Shown here in pieces: positions 1-9,122 of a stretch of DNA of 64,000 bases. Every line of letters starts with the position of its first letter. Within the stretch, counting starts at the first letter, position 1. The position numbers were made by a program, and so were the translations under genes. The notes beneath the pieces are model-generated. The model was not told where the DNA came from. It made no database searches and saw nothing but the letters and a program-made list of their open reading frames with translations. Location of the stretch: the IMG/VR virus record IMGVR_UViG_3300025141_012107. One strand, given 5' to 3'. This DNA comes from an uncultured virus (IMG/VR IMGVR_UViG_3300025141_012107). Taxonomy: Duplodnaviria; Heunggongvirae; Uroviricota; Caudoviricetes.

Positions 1-30
1 AATGAGAACGGAACGATATTCACAGCTTGC

Positions 31-579
31 TTATACCAGTTCATCTTTGTCCTCATTCTGATCTAGAATCATAACAGCATTCGAATCTGGGTACTTGTTG
101 ACGAATCCCATGTCCTCGTACCATTTTCTTAGCTTCTTGGAATTCAATCCAGGTTTCCCTCTGCCAACTTGGCCATGAATGGGAGCCGGTTCGATAACAA
201 CCTTAACTCCAATCTCTTTAGCAACAGACAATAATTGCTGCATAGCTTCATTTCCTCTGCCGGATTTTCGTTCCGAAGGATCGACAATAATACCGGAAAG
301 AGTGATTTGATCATCCCTAGCAGAGTAAGAGTCTCCTACCATGACATAGTTCTTATGGGGATATAGATCATTACGAGACAGACCCAGCTTAACCTTGCCG
401 TCTTGACTGACTAGCGTAGGATAAGTGTAGGATCCAATGTTCATAGCATTGGGGTTCATGCTCAGGTCTTCCATGTTCATGGCTTCTTCATAAGTCCAGC
501 CATATTCTGCCATTTTATCAGCAATCATTTGGACCAGGTTGACATTGGACTCGGTCTGTGATTCTTTATACCAATTCAT
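31..579 (-). CDS. GNAT-family acetyltransferase-like protein with MNWYK N-terminal tag
   Basis: C-terminal half has GNAT motifs ITLSGIIVDPSERKSGRGNEAMQQL and LRKWYEDMGF. Confidence 0.65.
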   Translation of the reverse strand: MNWYKESQTESNVNLVQMIADKMAEYGWTYEEAMNMEDLSMNPNAMNIGSYTYPTLVSQDGKVKLGLSRNDLYPHKNYVMVGDSYSARDDQITLSGIIVDPSERKSGRGNEAMQQLLSVAKEIGVKVVIEPAPIHGQVGRGKPGLNSKKLRKWYEDMGFVNKYPDSNAVMILDQNEDKDELV

Positions 580-592
580 AGCTTATCTAATG

Positions 593-652
593 TTCTATAA
601 ATGGGGGTCATTATCCTTGCTGATAGAAGGTTATGCTATCCTTATTGCCGAA
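593..652. promoter_or_regulatory. Divergent pair of putative phage sigma (late) promoters
   Basis: + strand AGG(628-630)-N16-GCCGAA(647-652); - strand AGG(617-615)-N16-ATAGAA(598-593); same pattern recurs upstream of other genes. Confidence 0.5.
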
Positions 653-660
653 ATTGAGGT

Positions 661-1416
661 ATGAACTGGTTTAAGAAGATCTCGTCCGTCACCTTCTCCC
701 CTTCCGGGACCCATGGTATAGCCCAACCCATGAGCCTGCTGGATCTATCTTCAGACCTATTTAGATTCGCAATTAAGAACAAAATAATATCAGGAAAACA
801 CAATAGCGTAGACGTAGATGGAGACAGCGACTGGATGTCAGGCTTGGGCATTATTAACTTCTACCTGACAGACGATGCTACCCTAGAAGATGTTAAAAGA
901 GTCGTAGATGCCTATAACGAAAGCCAAGCAGGACAGGTCTATATTCAGGTGGGAAGGCAAGAACAATCCGGTATGATGGCTGGAGATGTTGTTCGACTGA
1001 ACGTTATCAAAAATACTACATCAGACAGAGAAGAAGTGCCAGAAATGAACTTGGCTAATGCCAATGCCTATAAAATGATGCAAGTACTCAAAAGGTTTGG
1101 ACTAAATATTGAAGATATCAATAATGGATGTATCGATGTGGACGACTACATGGGGGCAAGACAGTTGATGACCGATCAAACATTAAAAGAACATGAACAA
1201 AAATTCGACATGAATAGAGACTGGGACCAAATGATGGGGACATATCAAGAACCAGAACCATGGGAACAATCAGAGCCAGAAGAACCAACGCCAGAGAATG
1301 TTCATGGTCCTGACTTTGACTTGAATAGAATAAACCAATACCTGTCAAGATTAGACGGTATCGCTCAATGGACCATTGACAACGATCTTCCTGATCGCAG
1401 AATTTGCTGGAGCTAA
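661..1416 (+). CDS. Hypothetical protein with MNWFK N-terminal tag
   Basis: 251-aa ORF, GAGGT RBS, acidic composition typical of the real genes here. Confidence 0.75.
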   Translation: MNWFKKISSVTFSPSGTHGIAQPMSLLDLSSDLFRFAIKNKIISGKHNSVDVDGDSDWMSGLGIINFYLTDDATLEDVKRVVDAYNESQAGQVYIQVGRQEQSGMMAGDVVRLNVIKNTTSDREEVPEMNLANANAYKMMQVLKRFGLNIEDINNGCIDVDDYMGARQLMTDQTLKEHEQKFDMNRDWDQMMGTYQEPEPWEQSEPEEPTPENVHGPDFDLNRINQYLSRLDGIAQWTIDNDLPDRRICWS

Positions 1417-1682
1417 CAGAATATAGACGCCTTTACGATCTTGTCGTTTTCGATATGAACACACATTCGATTGGGAATGGCACAGTAATCCAGATGCTCC
1501 TCAATAAACTTCCCATCAACACTCAAAATGCTAACGAACAACGGCTTGCCCTCTCTGTCCCTCTTGCCCTTAAGAGCAAACTTAGCCTCCCTGTGCGTTA
1601 GACCTATAATGGACTGCTGAAGAGCCTCTCGTTCTTCTGTCGGATTCATATTAACTCCCCAATACCATAGGATATTTACCAA
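1413..1682 (-). CDS. Hypothetical protein (start may be the internal MNPTEE)
   Basis: Tiles with neighbouring minus-strand ORFs; GGGGAG before MNPTEE. Confidence 0.55.
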   Translation of the reverse strand: MVNILWYWGVNMNPTEEREALQQSIIGLTHREAKFALKGKRDREGKPLFVSILSVDGKFIEEHLDYCAIPNRMCVHIENDKIVKASIFC

Positions 1683-2073
1683 AACCTATCTTCTCGCTGT
1701 CGATGGGGTCTTGAGGTTTATCAAACGCTGACGGAACAAGATATCCAAACAAGCAACTTCCTCCCCATCCTTCTTCGTAAGCATTGCCATCATGAACCCA
1801 TATACTGACTCGCATCCAACCACTTTCTGCCCAGACTTCGAACAACTCGTCAAAAACAAGCTTCTCTCTGAAAGCAATGTATTCTTCTTGGTTTTCGTGC
1901 GGGATTGCAATGCAGATGTTAAGTCCGTACAACTTGTCTTTGTCTTCACAGTCTTTGGGAACAAGATTAAAAGGCATGGCAGCTAGACATGACATACTGG
2001 ATATGGGAATACTATCACGCTCTCCAGTCTTCTGATTTACGAAGAACATTTTCTTCATGGCATTCCTACGCAA
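1651..2073 (-). CDS. Hypothetical protein (likely start at MKKMFF, ~2058)
   Basis: ORF tiling; ATGA overlap with upstream gene. Confidence 0.55.
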   Translation of the reverse strand: MRRNAMKKMFFVNQKTGERDSIPISSMSCLAAMPFNLVPKDCEDKDKLYGLNICIAIPHENQEEYIAFREKLVFDELFEVWAESGWMRVSIWVHDGNAYEEGWGGSCLFGYLVPSAFDKPQDPIDSEKIGFGKYPMVLGS

Positions 2074-2420
2074 AAAGGAGGCTCTCTAAAAGCCTTAAAC
2101 ACCAAACCATTGCCGATTACAAGTGGAACTACTTTAGCAATCATGTCAATACACGATTGCTCGTCATCGAACTTGCAGAAAGTGCAATCCCCAGTCATGA
2201 CTTTCTCCATACCGTCAGCACGATATGGAGGAGTTCTCATAGGGTTAAAATATAATCCCCATTGTTCGGTCTGGGAAAAGAGCATGAATTTAGCATCGAT
2301 GCCGTAGATCTCTCCAAGATCCTCATCGACCACGAACCTAGCCATGAAATCTTCAAAACTATTGATCTCTTCTGGATTAAAATAATCTCTGATACTCATG
2401 CAATATAGATCGTCACACAA
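2055..2420 (-). CDS. Hypothetical protein
   Basis: ORF tiling and composition; exact start uncertain. Confidence 0.55.
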   Translation of the reverse strand: MCDDLYCMSIRDYFNPEEINSFEDFMARFVVDEDLGEIYGIDAKFMLFSQTEQWGLYFNPMRTPPYRADGMEKVMTGDCTFCKFDDEQSCIDMIAKVVPLVIGNGLVFKAFREPPFCVGMP

Positions 2421-2437
2421 ATTGCCAGATCTTGAAC

Positions 2438-2818
2438 CTAGAACATGAAGCCGTCTTCGTCGTCTTGTCTTTCTCGCTCAACTATATAGGGCTCCTCTAC
2501 CTCATACGCTTCACTACCATAGGCTGGATCTATAGTATGAAAAGAACTATCACTCTCCGGGGTCCACCCTTTATCAGCCTTAGCTTGATACTCGGATGCT
2601 TTCTGATCGGAAGAATTCTGATCTCTGGTTCCAAGGTCAGCAGCCCAACGAGATCCATCTGTCATTTCGGCAACAATATAAAAGGATTCTCCATAGATGT
2701 GACCACTGGGATTCTCCATATCAGCTAACTCTGGATCTTGTCCAATCACCCCATAATCTGATCGGGCAAAAACTCGAACGACCCTATCTTTGTACCCTGA
2801 AGTTTTAACAATCCTCAT
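2438..2818 (-). CDS. Hypothetical acidic protein with MRIVKTSGY N-terminal tag
   Basis: AAGGA RBS; N-terminus shared with four other ORFs. Confidence 0.75.
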   Translation of the reverse strand: MRIVKTSGYKDRVVRVFARSDYGVIGQDPELADMENPSGHIYGESFYIVAEMTDGSRWAADLGTRDQNSSDQKASEYQAKADKGWTPESDSSFHTIDPAYGSEAYEVEEPYIVERERQDDEDGFMF

Positions 2819-2829
2819 AACGATATCCT

Positions 2830-3459
2830 TTATATGTACTCTACCTTGGCTACTTTCAGTGGACCATTGAACGCAATACTACCACCTCTTCCAACAAATT
2901 GCAACAAATCCTCTTGACTCATGATGGATTTCATCTTACGAGCAACATCCTTGACCATCTCTGAATAAGAGGCGTCAACATTATCAGACCCCTCCATCAT
3001 CTCGTTTGTCGCATGAAATCCATCAAATGCCTCGTCCATCGAAACGTTGCCCCACTCCGGATTACGATCCTCTTGGATCATTCTCCTGTAAGCCTCCCAG
3101 ACCTCTTTGACCCCCGGCTCGCTAGAAGAAGGATTTGTATCAGATAAATAGTCTGCAACCTGATCTTCATCAGGCATAGCTAAGTTGTAGTCAGGAACAG
3201 CATGGATAACAGCTACACCTTGAGCCTTGGTAATGCTGGAGATCTCTTTAGCATACTTAATTGCTGCGTCTTTTGAAAAGAAACAATAAACGCTATCCGG
3301 GTCTGAGGGGTTTCCGCCAAAAAACCCTCCGCTCCAATTGCCTGGTCCCGATCCTCTGGGAGAGATAATTCCATCTTGCTCAATCTTTTGGGCAAGAGAA
3401 GCTATCGTTCCATGATAAACGATGTTGGACAAAGATTGGGAAGTCTTGTACCAGTTCAT
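2830..3459 (-). CDS. Putative ADP-ribosyltransferase-fold protein with MNWYK tag
   Basis: VYHGT...SVY...AIKYA...PDED pattern resembles the H-Y-E/D class of ART folds. Confidence 0.5.
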   Translation of the reverse strand: MNWYKTSQSLSNIVYHGTIASLAQKIEQDGIISPRGSGPGNWSGGFFGGNPSDPDSVYCFFSKDAAIKYAKEISSITKAQGVAVIHAVPDYNLAMPDEDQVADYLSDTNPSSSEPGVKEVWEAYRRMIQEDRNPEWGNVSMDEAFDGFHATNEMMEGSDNVDASYSEMVKDVARKMKSIMSQEDLLQFVGRGGSIAFNGPLKVAKVEYI

Positions 3460-3548
3460 ACAGTTCGATATATCGCTCTAAAGTTCCTGGATCACGACGC
3501 TTTAAGCGACAAACTGTCGGGATTCAGAGTGTCTGATTATCAGATATC

Positions 3549-3764
3549 ATGAATTGCGACATGAAAAACATATCCACCTACGTCTCTTGGGAAGTTTGGC
3601 AAATGATGCGACCAGCATTCAGGGCGGTCTCTGATAAGTACGGAAACCAATTTAGGCAAAGTATTTGTCGAGGATTTGATAAAGGAAGAAACCCTTCATT
3701 CCTAGCACAGAGGATACAACAAAGAATGTTAAAAGACCCGCAAGGAACCCAATATGAGGATTAA
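3549..3764 (+). CDS. Small hypothetical protein
   Basis: 71-aa ORF overlapping the start of the P-loop gene. Confidence 0.35.
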   Translation: MNCDMKNISTYVSWEVWQMMRPAFRAVSDKYGNQFRQSICRGFDKGRNPSFLAQRIQQRMLKDPQGTQYED

Positions 3765-4299
3765 CCTTTTCGGAGCCCCAGGCAGTGGTAAATCAACAAC
3801 TGCCGCATGGCTGTTTTCAGAACTCAAAGTAGCTGGATATAACGTCGAACAAGTCACAGAATATGTCAAGTTCTGGACCTACATCCCCAGAGAAGTAAAG
3901 CCTTGGGATCAAGTCTACATCTTAGGCAAACAAATCCATCAAGAAGCGACGATCTTAGCCGGAGGAGCAGACCATATCGTTTCTGATTCTCCGCTGCTTA
4001 TAGCTGTGTTCTACTCTTTCTATTATAACAACCCAATGCAATACGATCTACTGAACATAGCCCTTAGATTCGAAATGCACTATCCATCCATCAACATCTA
4101 TCTCGAACAAGATGATATTATGGAATTCTCGGATACCGGCAGATATCACGGTAAAGAAGAATCTGCAAAAATCGATGCAGATATGAAAGACTATCTTACG
4201 ATGTGGACTAATGGGAAGTTTACAAGATTAAAAGCAACGGATAGGGAAAATATAATATCCAATGTAGTCGATGCCTTGTCTAGTCATCAAAAAACCTAA
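3754..4299 (+). CDS. P-loop NTPase / nucleotide kinase (AAA_28, NadR/Ttd14-like)
   Basis: INLFGAPGSGKST Walker A; EYVK, IVSDSPL, GRY motifs. Confidence 0.75.
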   Translation: MRINLFGAPGSGKSTTAAWLFSELKVAGYNVEQVTEYVKFWTYIPREVKPWDQVYILGKQIHQEATILAGGADHIVSDSPLLIAVFYSFYYNNPMQYDLLNIALRFEMHYPSINIYLEQDDIMEFSDTGRYHGKEESAKIDADMKDYLTMWTNGKFTRLKATDRENIISNVVDALSSHQKT

Positions 4300-4639
4300 T
4301 CTTGTGACCAGGATACATGTTGATCAAATTCAATGTAGCGTCCTCAACAAGTGGCCTACTCCACCCTTCTGATGACAATAGTTTGGCAGACCCAAAATCT
4401 ATTACTCTCATCGATATAAACCTTCGTCCTATGCGACCGTAGGAAAATATCCTGCCCAACTTCTTCTTCATAGAAATGTTTTGATCTTCAAATGTCCGAT
4501 GATCGGTCTTGACTTCTTCTTTACTCAAGACGATAAGCTCATTGTTCAGAGAAGACCACCACCAATAAGATACACAATCTTCTTCATGACCTATTGAACA
4601 ATAATTAAACGGAACCCACTCATCTAAACTTATCTCCAT
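4280..4639 (-). CDS. Hypothetical protein
   Basis: ORF; start reassigned to MEISLDEW because the longer start lies in a terminator. Confidence 0.5.
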   Translation of the reverse strand: MEISLDEWVPFNYCSIGHEEDCVSYWWWSSLNNELIVLSKEEVKTDHRTFEDQNISMKKKLGRIFSYGRIGRRFISMRVIDFGSAKLLSSEGWSRPLVEDATLNLINMYPGHKIRFFDD

Positions 4640-4664
4640 ATTACTATCGACAAAATTTCGGCAC

Positions 4665-4690
4665 AAAAAAAGCGACCCTAATAGGTCGCT
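4665..4690 (-). terminator. Rho-independent terminator
   Basis: AGCGACC-loop-GGTCGCT hairpin followed by T-run on the minus strand. Confidence 0.75.
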
Positions 4691-4711
4691 CTACCGCACA
4701 TGCCGGGAGGT

Positions 4712-5098
4712 TTATCCAAGATATGACGTTATTTCGTATTTGCCCGAAGGCATAACACACCAAGATAACGTTAGCATAGCATTCTTAACAGGAGATCTCT
4801 GACCGTCTACTTCCCATACCAAATCAAAGTCTGCCCGTTGGTCGGCAGCTTGAGGGTCTCCACATTCCTTACCCCCAAGTAACATGCCATTCCAATTCGA
4901 CCCCTCTTCATCTATGGGGTAAACATCGTGGGCTTTGAGGATATCAAACAAACCCTGAAGCGGGATTTGCTCGAAATACTTGCCTGTCAAAAGATCGTAT
5001 ATCTTCCGGCTTATGCTACGCTTCACCTGAGGAGGCAAAACCTTTGGCATTGGCAAGGCACTTTCATTTTCCCATCCCGCTGTCCTGATTACCCTCAT
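4712..5098 (-). CDS. Hypothetical protein with MRVIRTAGW tag
   Basis: 128-aa ORF, ATGA-coupled to upstream gene. Confidence 0.75.
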   Translation of the reverse strand: MRVIRTAGWENESALPMPKVLPPQVKRSISRKIYDLLTGKYFEQIPLQGLFDILKAHDVYPIDEEGSNWNGMLLGGKECGDPQAADQRADFDLVWEVDGQRSPVKNAMLTLSWCVMPSGKYEITSYLG

Positions 5099-5598
5099 GC
5101 CCCCATTCTCCTCTCAGCCATCATCTCCTGATGAGATTCCCAAGCACTTTGAGACCTCTCTTCTAGATACTTAATGAACTCTTCGTCCAAAGGTTCCGGA
5201 ACAACTCTTTGACCCTTACATTCGTAACATTGAACGTCATATCGCCCGCTTGTGTATTCTTCTGCAAAATCTGGATCTTCAGCAAAATCCTCTCCCGTCA
5301 ATCCACCCGCATCAATGGATGGATTGACATGAGTACCCTTGCCTTGGCAAGTTTCACAAACCACCCATTTGAAAGGAATCATTTTCCGTTCCGTTGTATC
5401 GTAATCCAGAGACCCGTCAGGACCCACAGGGGCTGGCATCTCTACCAAAGCTTGCATGTTCTTGATATCAAGCTTTTCGTACCAACTGCCTTTGTTGCCA
5501 GCCATGACTCGACTGTCGCCCATGTAATTGAGGTCGTCCATGATAGCTCTTGCATCTGAGTTAGACATCTTGTATCCTTTTGTTCTTATGGTTCTCAT
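5095..5598 (-). CDS. Zn-finger (DnaJ-like CxxCxGxG) phage protein with MRTIRTKGY tag
   Basis: CETCQGKG and CYECKGQR motifs. Confidence 0.75.
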   Translation of the reverse strand: MRTIRTKGYKMSNSDARAIMDDLNYMGDSRVMAGNKGSWYEKLDIKNMQALVEMPAPVGPDGSLDYDTTERKMIPFKWVVCETCQGKGTHVNPSIDAGGLTGEDFAEDPDFAEEYTSGRYDVQCYECKGQRVVPEPLDEEFIKYLEERSQSAWESHQEMMAERRMGA

Positions 5599-5601
5599 GG
5601 T

Positions 5602-6564
5602 TTAATATCCATCTGGGTAGTCATTGGGATTATAATCTCTGTCCCAAGCTTCTTGTCTTTCTATTTCATCCATAGGATCATATTCTGGTTCATCATATCC
5701 AACGTCACTCGTATCCAAGTCATCGTCGTCTATGGCGGGACCCCATCTCTCTTCTATCGTTTGGAACAATTCTTTTGGCATTTGGATTTTCGTTTTGCCG
5801 TCTATGATAAGAGTTGCTCCATTAACAAGCCTTTCATCAGATCCCTCTGGGGGATATCCGGGATCTCCATTCGATAGGGTATGAACACCTGGATCATAGT
5901 ATCCTGAGCTTTCGTAATCAATAGATATTTCCATCGTATGATCGGAAGGGTTCGCTCCTAATGAAGAGAAATGTTGCATGATAAATGCAGAGACATCATC
6001 CGGTACGGCTGTATCGTTTCCTTCTTCTCTAATCTCGTTCGTCTCTCCGTATGTCCAGTATAATTCAACTGTGATGCTTCCGTATACTCCGCTCCAAGAT
6101 TTGGAGCGTCCAGCACTCTTAAGCCATCCAGACCTTCTGCCGACTCTTATCCAATCTCGCTGATCCATCTGAAGCTTGTTCTCAACGGGCTGTTCTGGTT
6201 GCGTTGGTTGTTCTGGTTGAGTTGGTTGCGTTGGCAAAGGGCCATATTTAATCTCGTCTTCAGACGTCACGTTGAATCCCTTACCCTTAAGTGAAGCGAT
6301 TGCCTGTTGTAACTGTTCGGCAGGCATAGGAACCCTAAACGATTGTCCTGTAAACATCCTCTCATTAAAATTCTGTGGCTTAACACTCTTAAGGTATTGT
6401 TTGGCTCTATTGCTTACAAATTCCAACACCACAGGACCACTACCAGGACCTCCATCATGCAATAATATATCCGCTTCTCTACGGCGACGAGAGGTCTCCA
6501 TTTGAGCAGGAGTTCTTTCGTCTTCCCATGCCGTCTTCCATCCCGATGTTCTGATTACTTTCAT
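5602..6564 (-). CDS. Hypothetical protein with MKVIRTSGW tag and PTQPEQ repeat linker
   Basis: 320-aa ORF, GGAG RBS. Confidence 0.8.
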   Translation of the reverse strand: MKVIRTSGWKTAWEDERTPAQMETSRRRREADILLHDGGPGSGPVVLEFVSNRAKQYLKSVKPQNFNERMFTGQSFRVPMPAEQLQQAIASLKGKGFNVTSEDEIKYGPLPTQPTQPEQPTQPEQPVENKLQMDQRDWIRVGRRSGWLKSAGRSKSWSGVYGSITVELYWTYGETNEIREEGNDTAVPDDVSAFIMQHFSSLGANPSDHTMEISIDYESSGYYDPGVHTLSNGDPGYPPEGSDERLVNGATLIIDGKTKIQMPKELFQTIEERWGPAIDDDDLDTSDVGYDEPEYDPMDEIERQEAWDRDYNPNDYPDGY

Positions 6565-6612
6565 ACTGAATTCTCCTGCTTAGAACTTATCTATACCCTT
6601 CTGCTCAAATCG

Positions 6613-6882
6613 TCAGTTTCCTTCAATGCTATCGAATAAAGTGGAATCAGGTTTATTCTTGACGGAAGTTTTCTTGGGTTCAGGAACCTCTTGATTCAAG
6701 GATTTCAATATCCTGAATACGTCAGAAAATTTACTGTACTTGATGCCCCACTTTAATCGCTGTAGCAAATGAGAATTAGATCCAGTATAAACATACCGTT
6801 TGCCATCAATATAGACTACAAGCCTGCCCGTAGAGTCGTGAGCCGCAATTTGGACTTCAGTAGCAATCTTAAACCAGTTCAT
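6613..6882 (-). CDS. Small protein with MNWFK tag (possibly KTSC-like)
   Basis: Tag, own promoter motif; GRLVVYIDGKRYVYTG weakly resembles KTSC. Confidence 0.6.
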   Translation of the reverse strand: MNWFKIATEVQIAAHDSTGRLVVYIDGKRYVYTGSNSHLLQRLKWGIKYSKFSDVFRILKSLNQEVPEPKKTSVKNKPDSTLFDSIEGN

Positions 6883-6921
6883 ACATTATATTCGATTATT
6901 TCATATGATGAACCTGGAAAC

Positions 6922-6962
6922 AAAAAAAAGGCCCCTCCGTCCATGCGTAGGGACGAAGAGGC
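6922..6962 (-). terminator. Rho-independent terminator
   Basis: Imperfect GC-rich hairpin followed by T8 on the minus strand. Confidence 0.55.
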
Positions 6963-7008
6963 TAGAAACATGAAGCATTTACTCTATCTATATCGTCATA
7001 TTGACGGA

Positions 7009-7209
7009 TTATACATCATCGTCAAAATCATCTTCTATAGGAGCGAACTCAATAAGATAAGTCCCACCAACAATGATCTCTTGACCCTTTTCGGTCATGA
7101 AACATGCTCTCTCTTTTGAATATGAAATATTAGTGACATTTTCCCAAGCAAGGAAGGGCTCCTTGGGATTAGGGGTATATAACACTACTCTACCTTTTCT
7201 GTCTGACAT
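7009..7209 (-). CDS. Small hypothetical protein
   Basis: 66 aa, AGGAG RBS. Confidence 0.65.
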   Translation of the reverse strand: MSDRKGRVVLYTPNPKEPFLAWENVTNISYSKERACFMTEKGQEIIVGGTYLIEFAPIEDDFDDDV

Positions 7210-7268
7210 GTTTGTTCTCCTATGTATTACCTATCGACAGAACTCAAATTGTAATTGAATTTTTGGCA

Positions 7269-7293
7269 CAAAAAAGCGGCACGAATGCCGCTT
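7269..7293 (-). terminator. Rho-independent terminator
   Basis: GCGGCA-TTCG-TGCCGC hairpin plus T-run. Confidence 0.8.
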
Positions 7294-7313
7294 GGAAAGG
7301 CGTGAAAGTAATT

Positions 7314-7739
7314 TTATGCCATCTGCTGTTGCTGAGGTTGCTGAGGTTACTGTTGTTGCTGCTGCCCTTGTTGCTGTTCCTGCTGTATCTCTTGGATCTG
7401 CTGTTGTATGCCCTGTAGCCTTTGCTGTAATGTCTGCTGTAGTTGTTGCAATTTCTGTAAATCAACCTGCTGATCATGCGAACCCACGCCAGCAGTTTGC
7501 GGACCAGAAACTGGTTGCTGGGAAAAAGTACCAGTGTCCTAATCTACCACTTCTTCCATTTCCTGTTGAGGCTGTTGAGGCTGCTGAGGCTGTTGTTGAG
7601 TCTGAGGCTGAGTCTGCTTGTTCCACCACCCCGCCTGCTTACCTATCCGCCTCCACTCATTCTTGCTCATCTTAAACGTATAACCACCATCGTCTTTCAA
7701 GATGAGTTGGGAACCTGATTTGCTAGATAGTTTTTTCAT
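7314..7739 (-). CDS. Gln-rich protein interrupted by in-frame TAG (7539-7541) and TAA (7347-7349); 66 aa to first stop, 141 aa if read through
   Basis: Q-rich coding pattern continues in the same frame past both stops up to TAA 7314-7316 just before a terminator; GGAG RBS. Confidence 0.6.
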
Positions 7740-8286
7740 TATATTCTCCTACTGGACCTCGATGGGGTGCCTCTTCTTTGCGAAAATCCCAACTACGATC
7801 TACATGTTTATTTTCAGCCAAACCACTTTCATATGGCTGATGTTCTTTGATTATGGAAATAAGGTAATCCGCATACCCCACTTCTTCATCATGAGTAACT
7901 ATGTCTTTCCTGGAATTGAATGGAATACCTCTTAGCTTGAGCCACCCTTCCATCAACTTAACAGCCCCAGGTTTCCCAGCTTGCAAAAACTGAGTATAAA
8001 GTTCTTCAAAATCTGTATCGCCTTCAATGATATCAGCCTCTTCCTCTTCCGTAGGGAATTTGTCATTCCATTGCCAAGATTGGGCTAATTTCCTTTCTGC
8101 TACGTTTCTCACCTCTTCCTCTTTGGCCGGAATTCCCCAACCTCCGCAAGGTATGCAAGACTTAAGATCAGGAAGAGGAGGAACCTCACTCTTTGGATAA
8201 AACATCAGTCTATCACATTCAGGACATCTGATATATTCAATCATGCCTTGATCCCGCTTGTATCCCGCTGTCCTGATTGTTCTCAT
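7723..8286 (-). CDS. Zn-ribbon protein with MRTIRTAGY tag
   Basis: CPEC...CIPC; internal KLAQ motif. Confidence 0.75.
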   Translation of the reverse strand: MRTIRTAGYKRDQGMIEYIRCPECDRLMFYPKSEVPPLPDLKSCIPCGGWGIPAKEEEVRNVAERKLAQSWQWNDKFPTEEEEADIIEGDTDFEELYTQFLQAGKPGAVKLMEGWLKLRGIPFNSRKDIVTHDEEVGYADYLISIIKEHQPYESGLAENKHVDRSWDFRKEEAPHRGPVGEYNEKTI

Positions 8287-8351
8287 CTATCTACTTTCCC
8301 CACAATTGGGTAGATTCCTTTGGGATTCCTATTTGATTTGGAAGAACCAGT

Positions 8352-9053
8352 TCATGCCGCTTGACCCATCTGGTTCAAAACATTACCTATGTAAGTCTCT
8401 ATCCACCTGGCTACTTGTTCTTCATTATATTGACCTGACTCAAGATATTGTAAAGCATACTGCGACATTGTATTCGATACGTTCTGTCCCCAAGAAACCT
8501 TTTCCTTATCGTCAGCCCCCAACGAATGAGTCCTGTTTCCAAAAGAGATACCATTCGCACTTGCCCACTGCTGAACTGCCACCTGAATGTCGTTGACAGC
8601 TTCTTTGTTGCTAAAATGGATAACTACTCTGTCATTGTGACCCAAATAAGCAGTCGCCGTTGAAGGAACCTTGTAATCTAAATTAGATTGATAAGATGAA
8701 GCTATTGGCTGTAGGTATTGAAATAAACCTCCTATGCCTCCAATGACTTTTTCAATGTCTTCATCACTTGGTGTGAAATATAGTTTGTAATTGCCGGATT
8801 CTTGAGGCAAACCTTTTTGGACATCCCATTGAGCCCAAGCAGGATTGCTAACACTAGAACTATTTACCGCAGCTATGTATTGTTGCTTAATTTCCGTAGA
8901 CACATTGGCTGCCGCCTGTTGCCAACCAGGATGAGTCGTTATCGCTTTATACAAAAATCCAGACAACTGGGCCTGATCTTTACTTGACAGTACAGAAACT
9001 AGACCAGAGTGGGATATCTGTATGACTTGATTAGCTTGTTTGAACCAGTTCAT
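8352..9053 (-). CDS. Protein with MNWFK tag; possible HopA1/OspF-like lyase fold
   Basis: NYKLYFT...LDYKVP...HNDRVVIHF pattern; family call tentative. Confidence 0.5.
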   Translation of the reverse strand: MNWFKQANQVIQISHSGLVSVLSSKDQAQLSGFLYKAITTHPGWQQAAANVSTEIKQQYIAAVNSSSVSNPAWAQWDVQKGLPQESGNYKLYFTPSDEDIEKVIGGIGGLFQYLQPIASSYQSNLDYKVPSTATAYLGHNDRVVIHFSNKEAVNDIQVAVQQWASANGISFGNRTHSLGADDKEKVSWGQNVSNTMSQYALQYLESGQYNEEQVARWIETYIGNVLNQMGQAA

Positions 9054-9075
9054 ATGTATATTTCGGCAACAAAAG

Positions 9076-9105
9076 AAAAAGCCCTCCGGCGAACCGGAGG
9101 GCTTT
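9076..9105. terminator. Rho-independent terminator
   Basis: AAAGCCCTCCGG-CGAA-CCGGAGGGCTTT perfect hairpin with A/T flanks. Confidence 0.85.
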
Positions 9106-9122
9106 GAAGGCTGCCTGCCGCT

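Noticed and set aside
7212..7718. + strand Leu/Ala/Val-rich ORFs and the Asn/Ser-rich minus-strand ORF 7244-7477
   Set aside because: Alternative-frame readings of the CAG/CAA-rich minus-strand gene.
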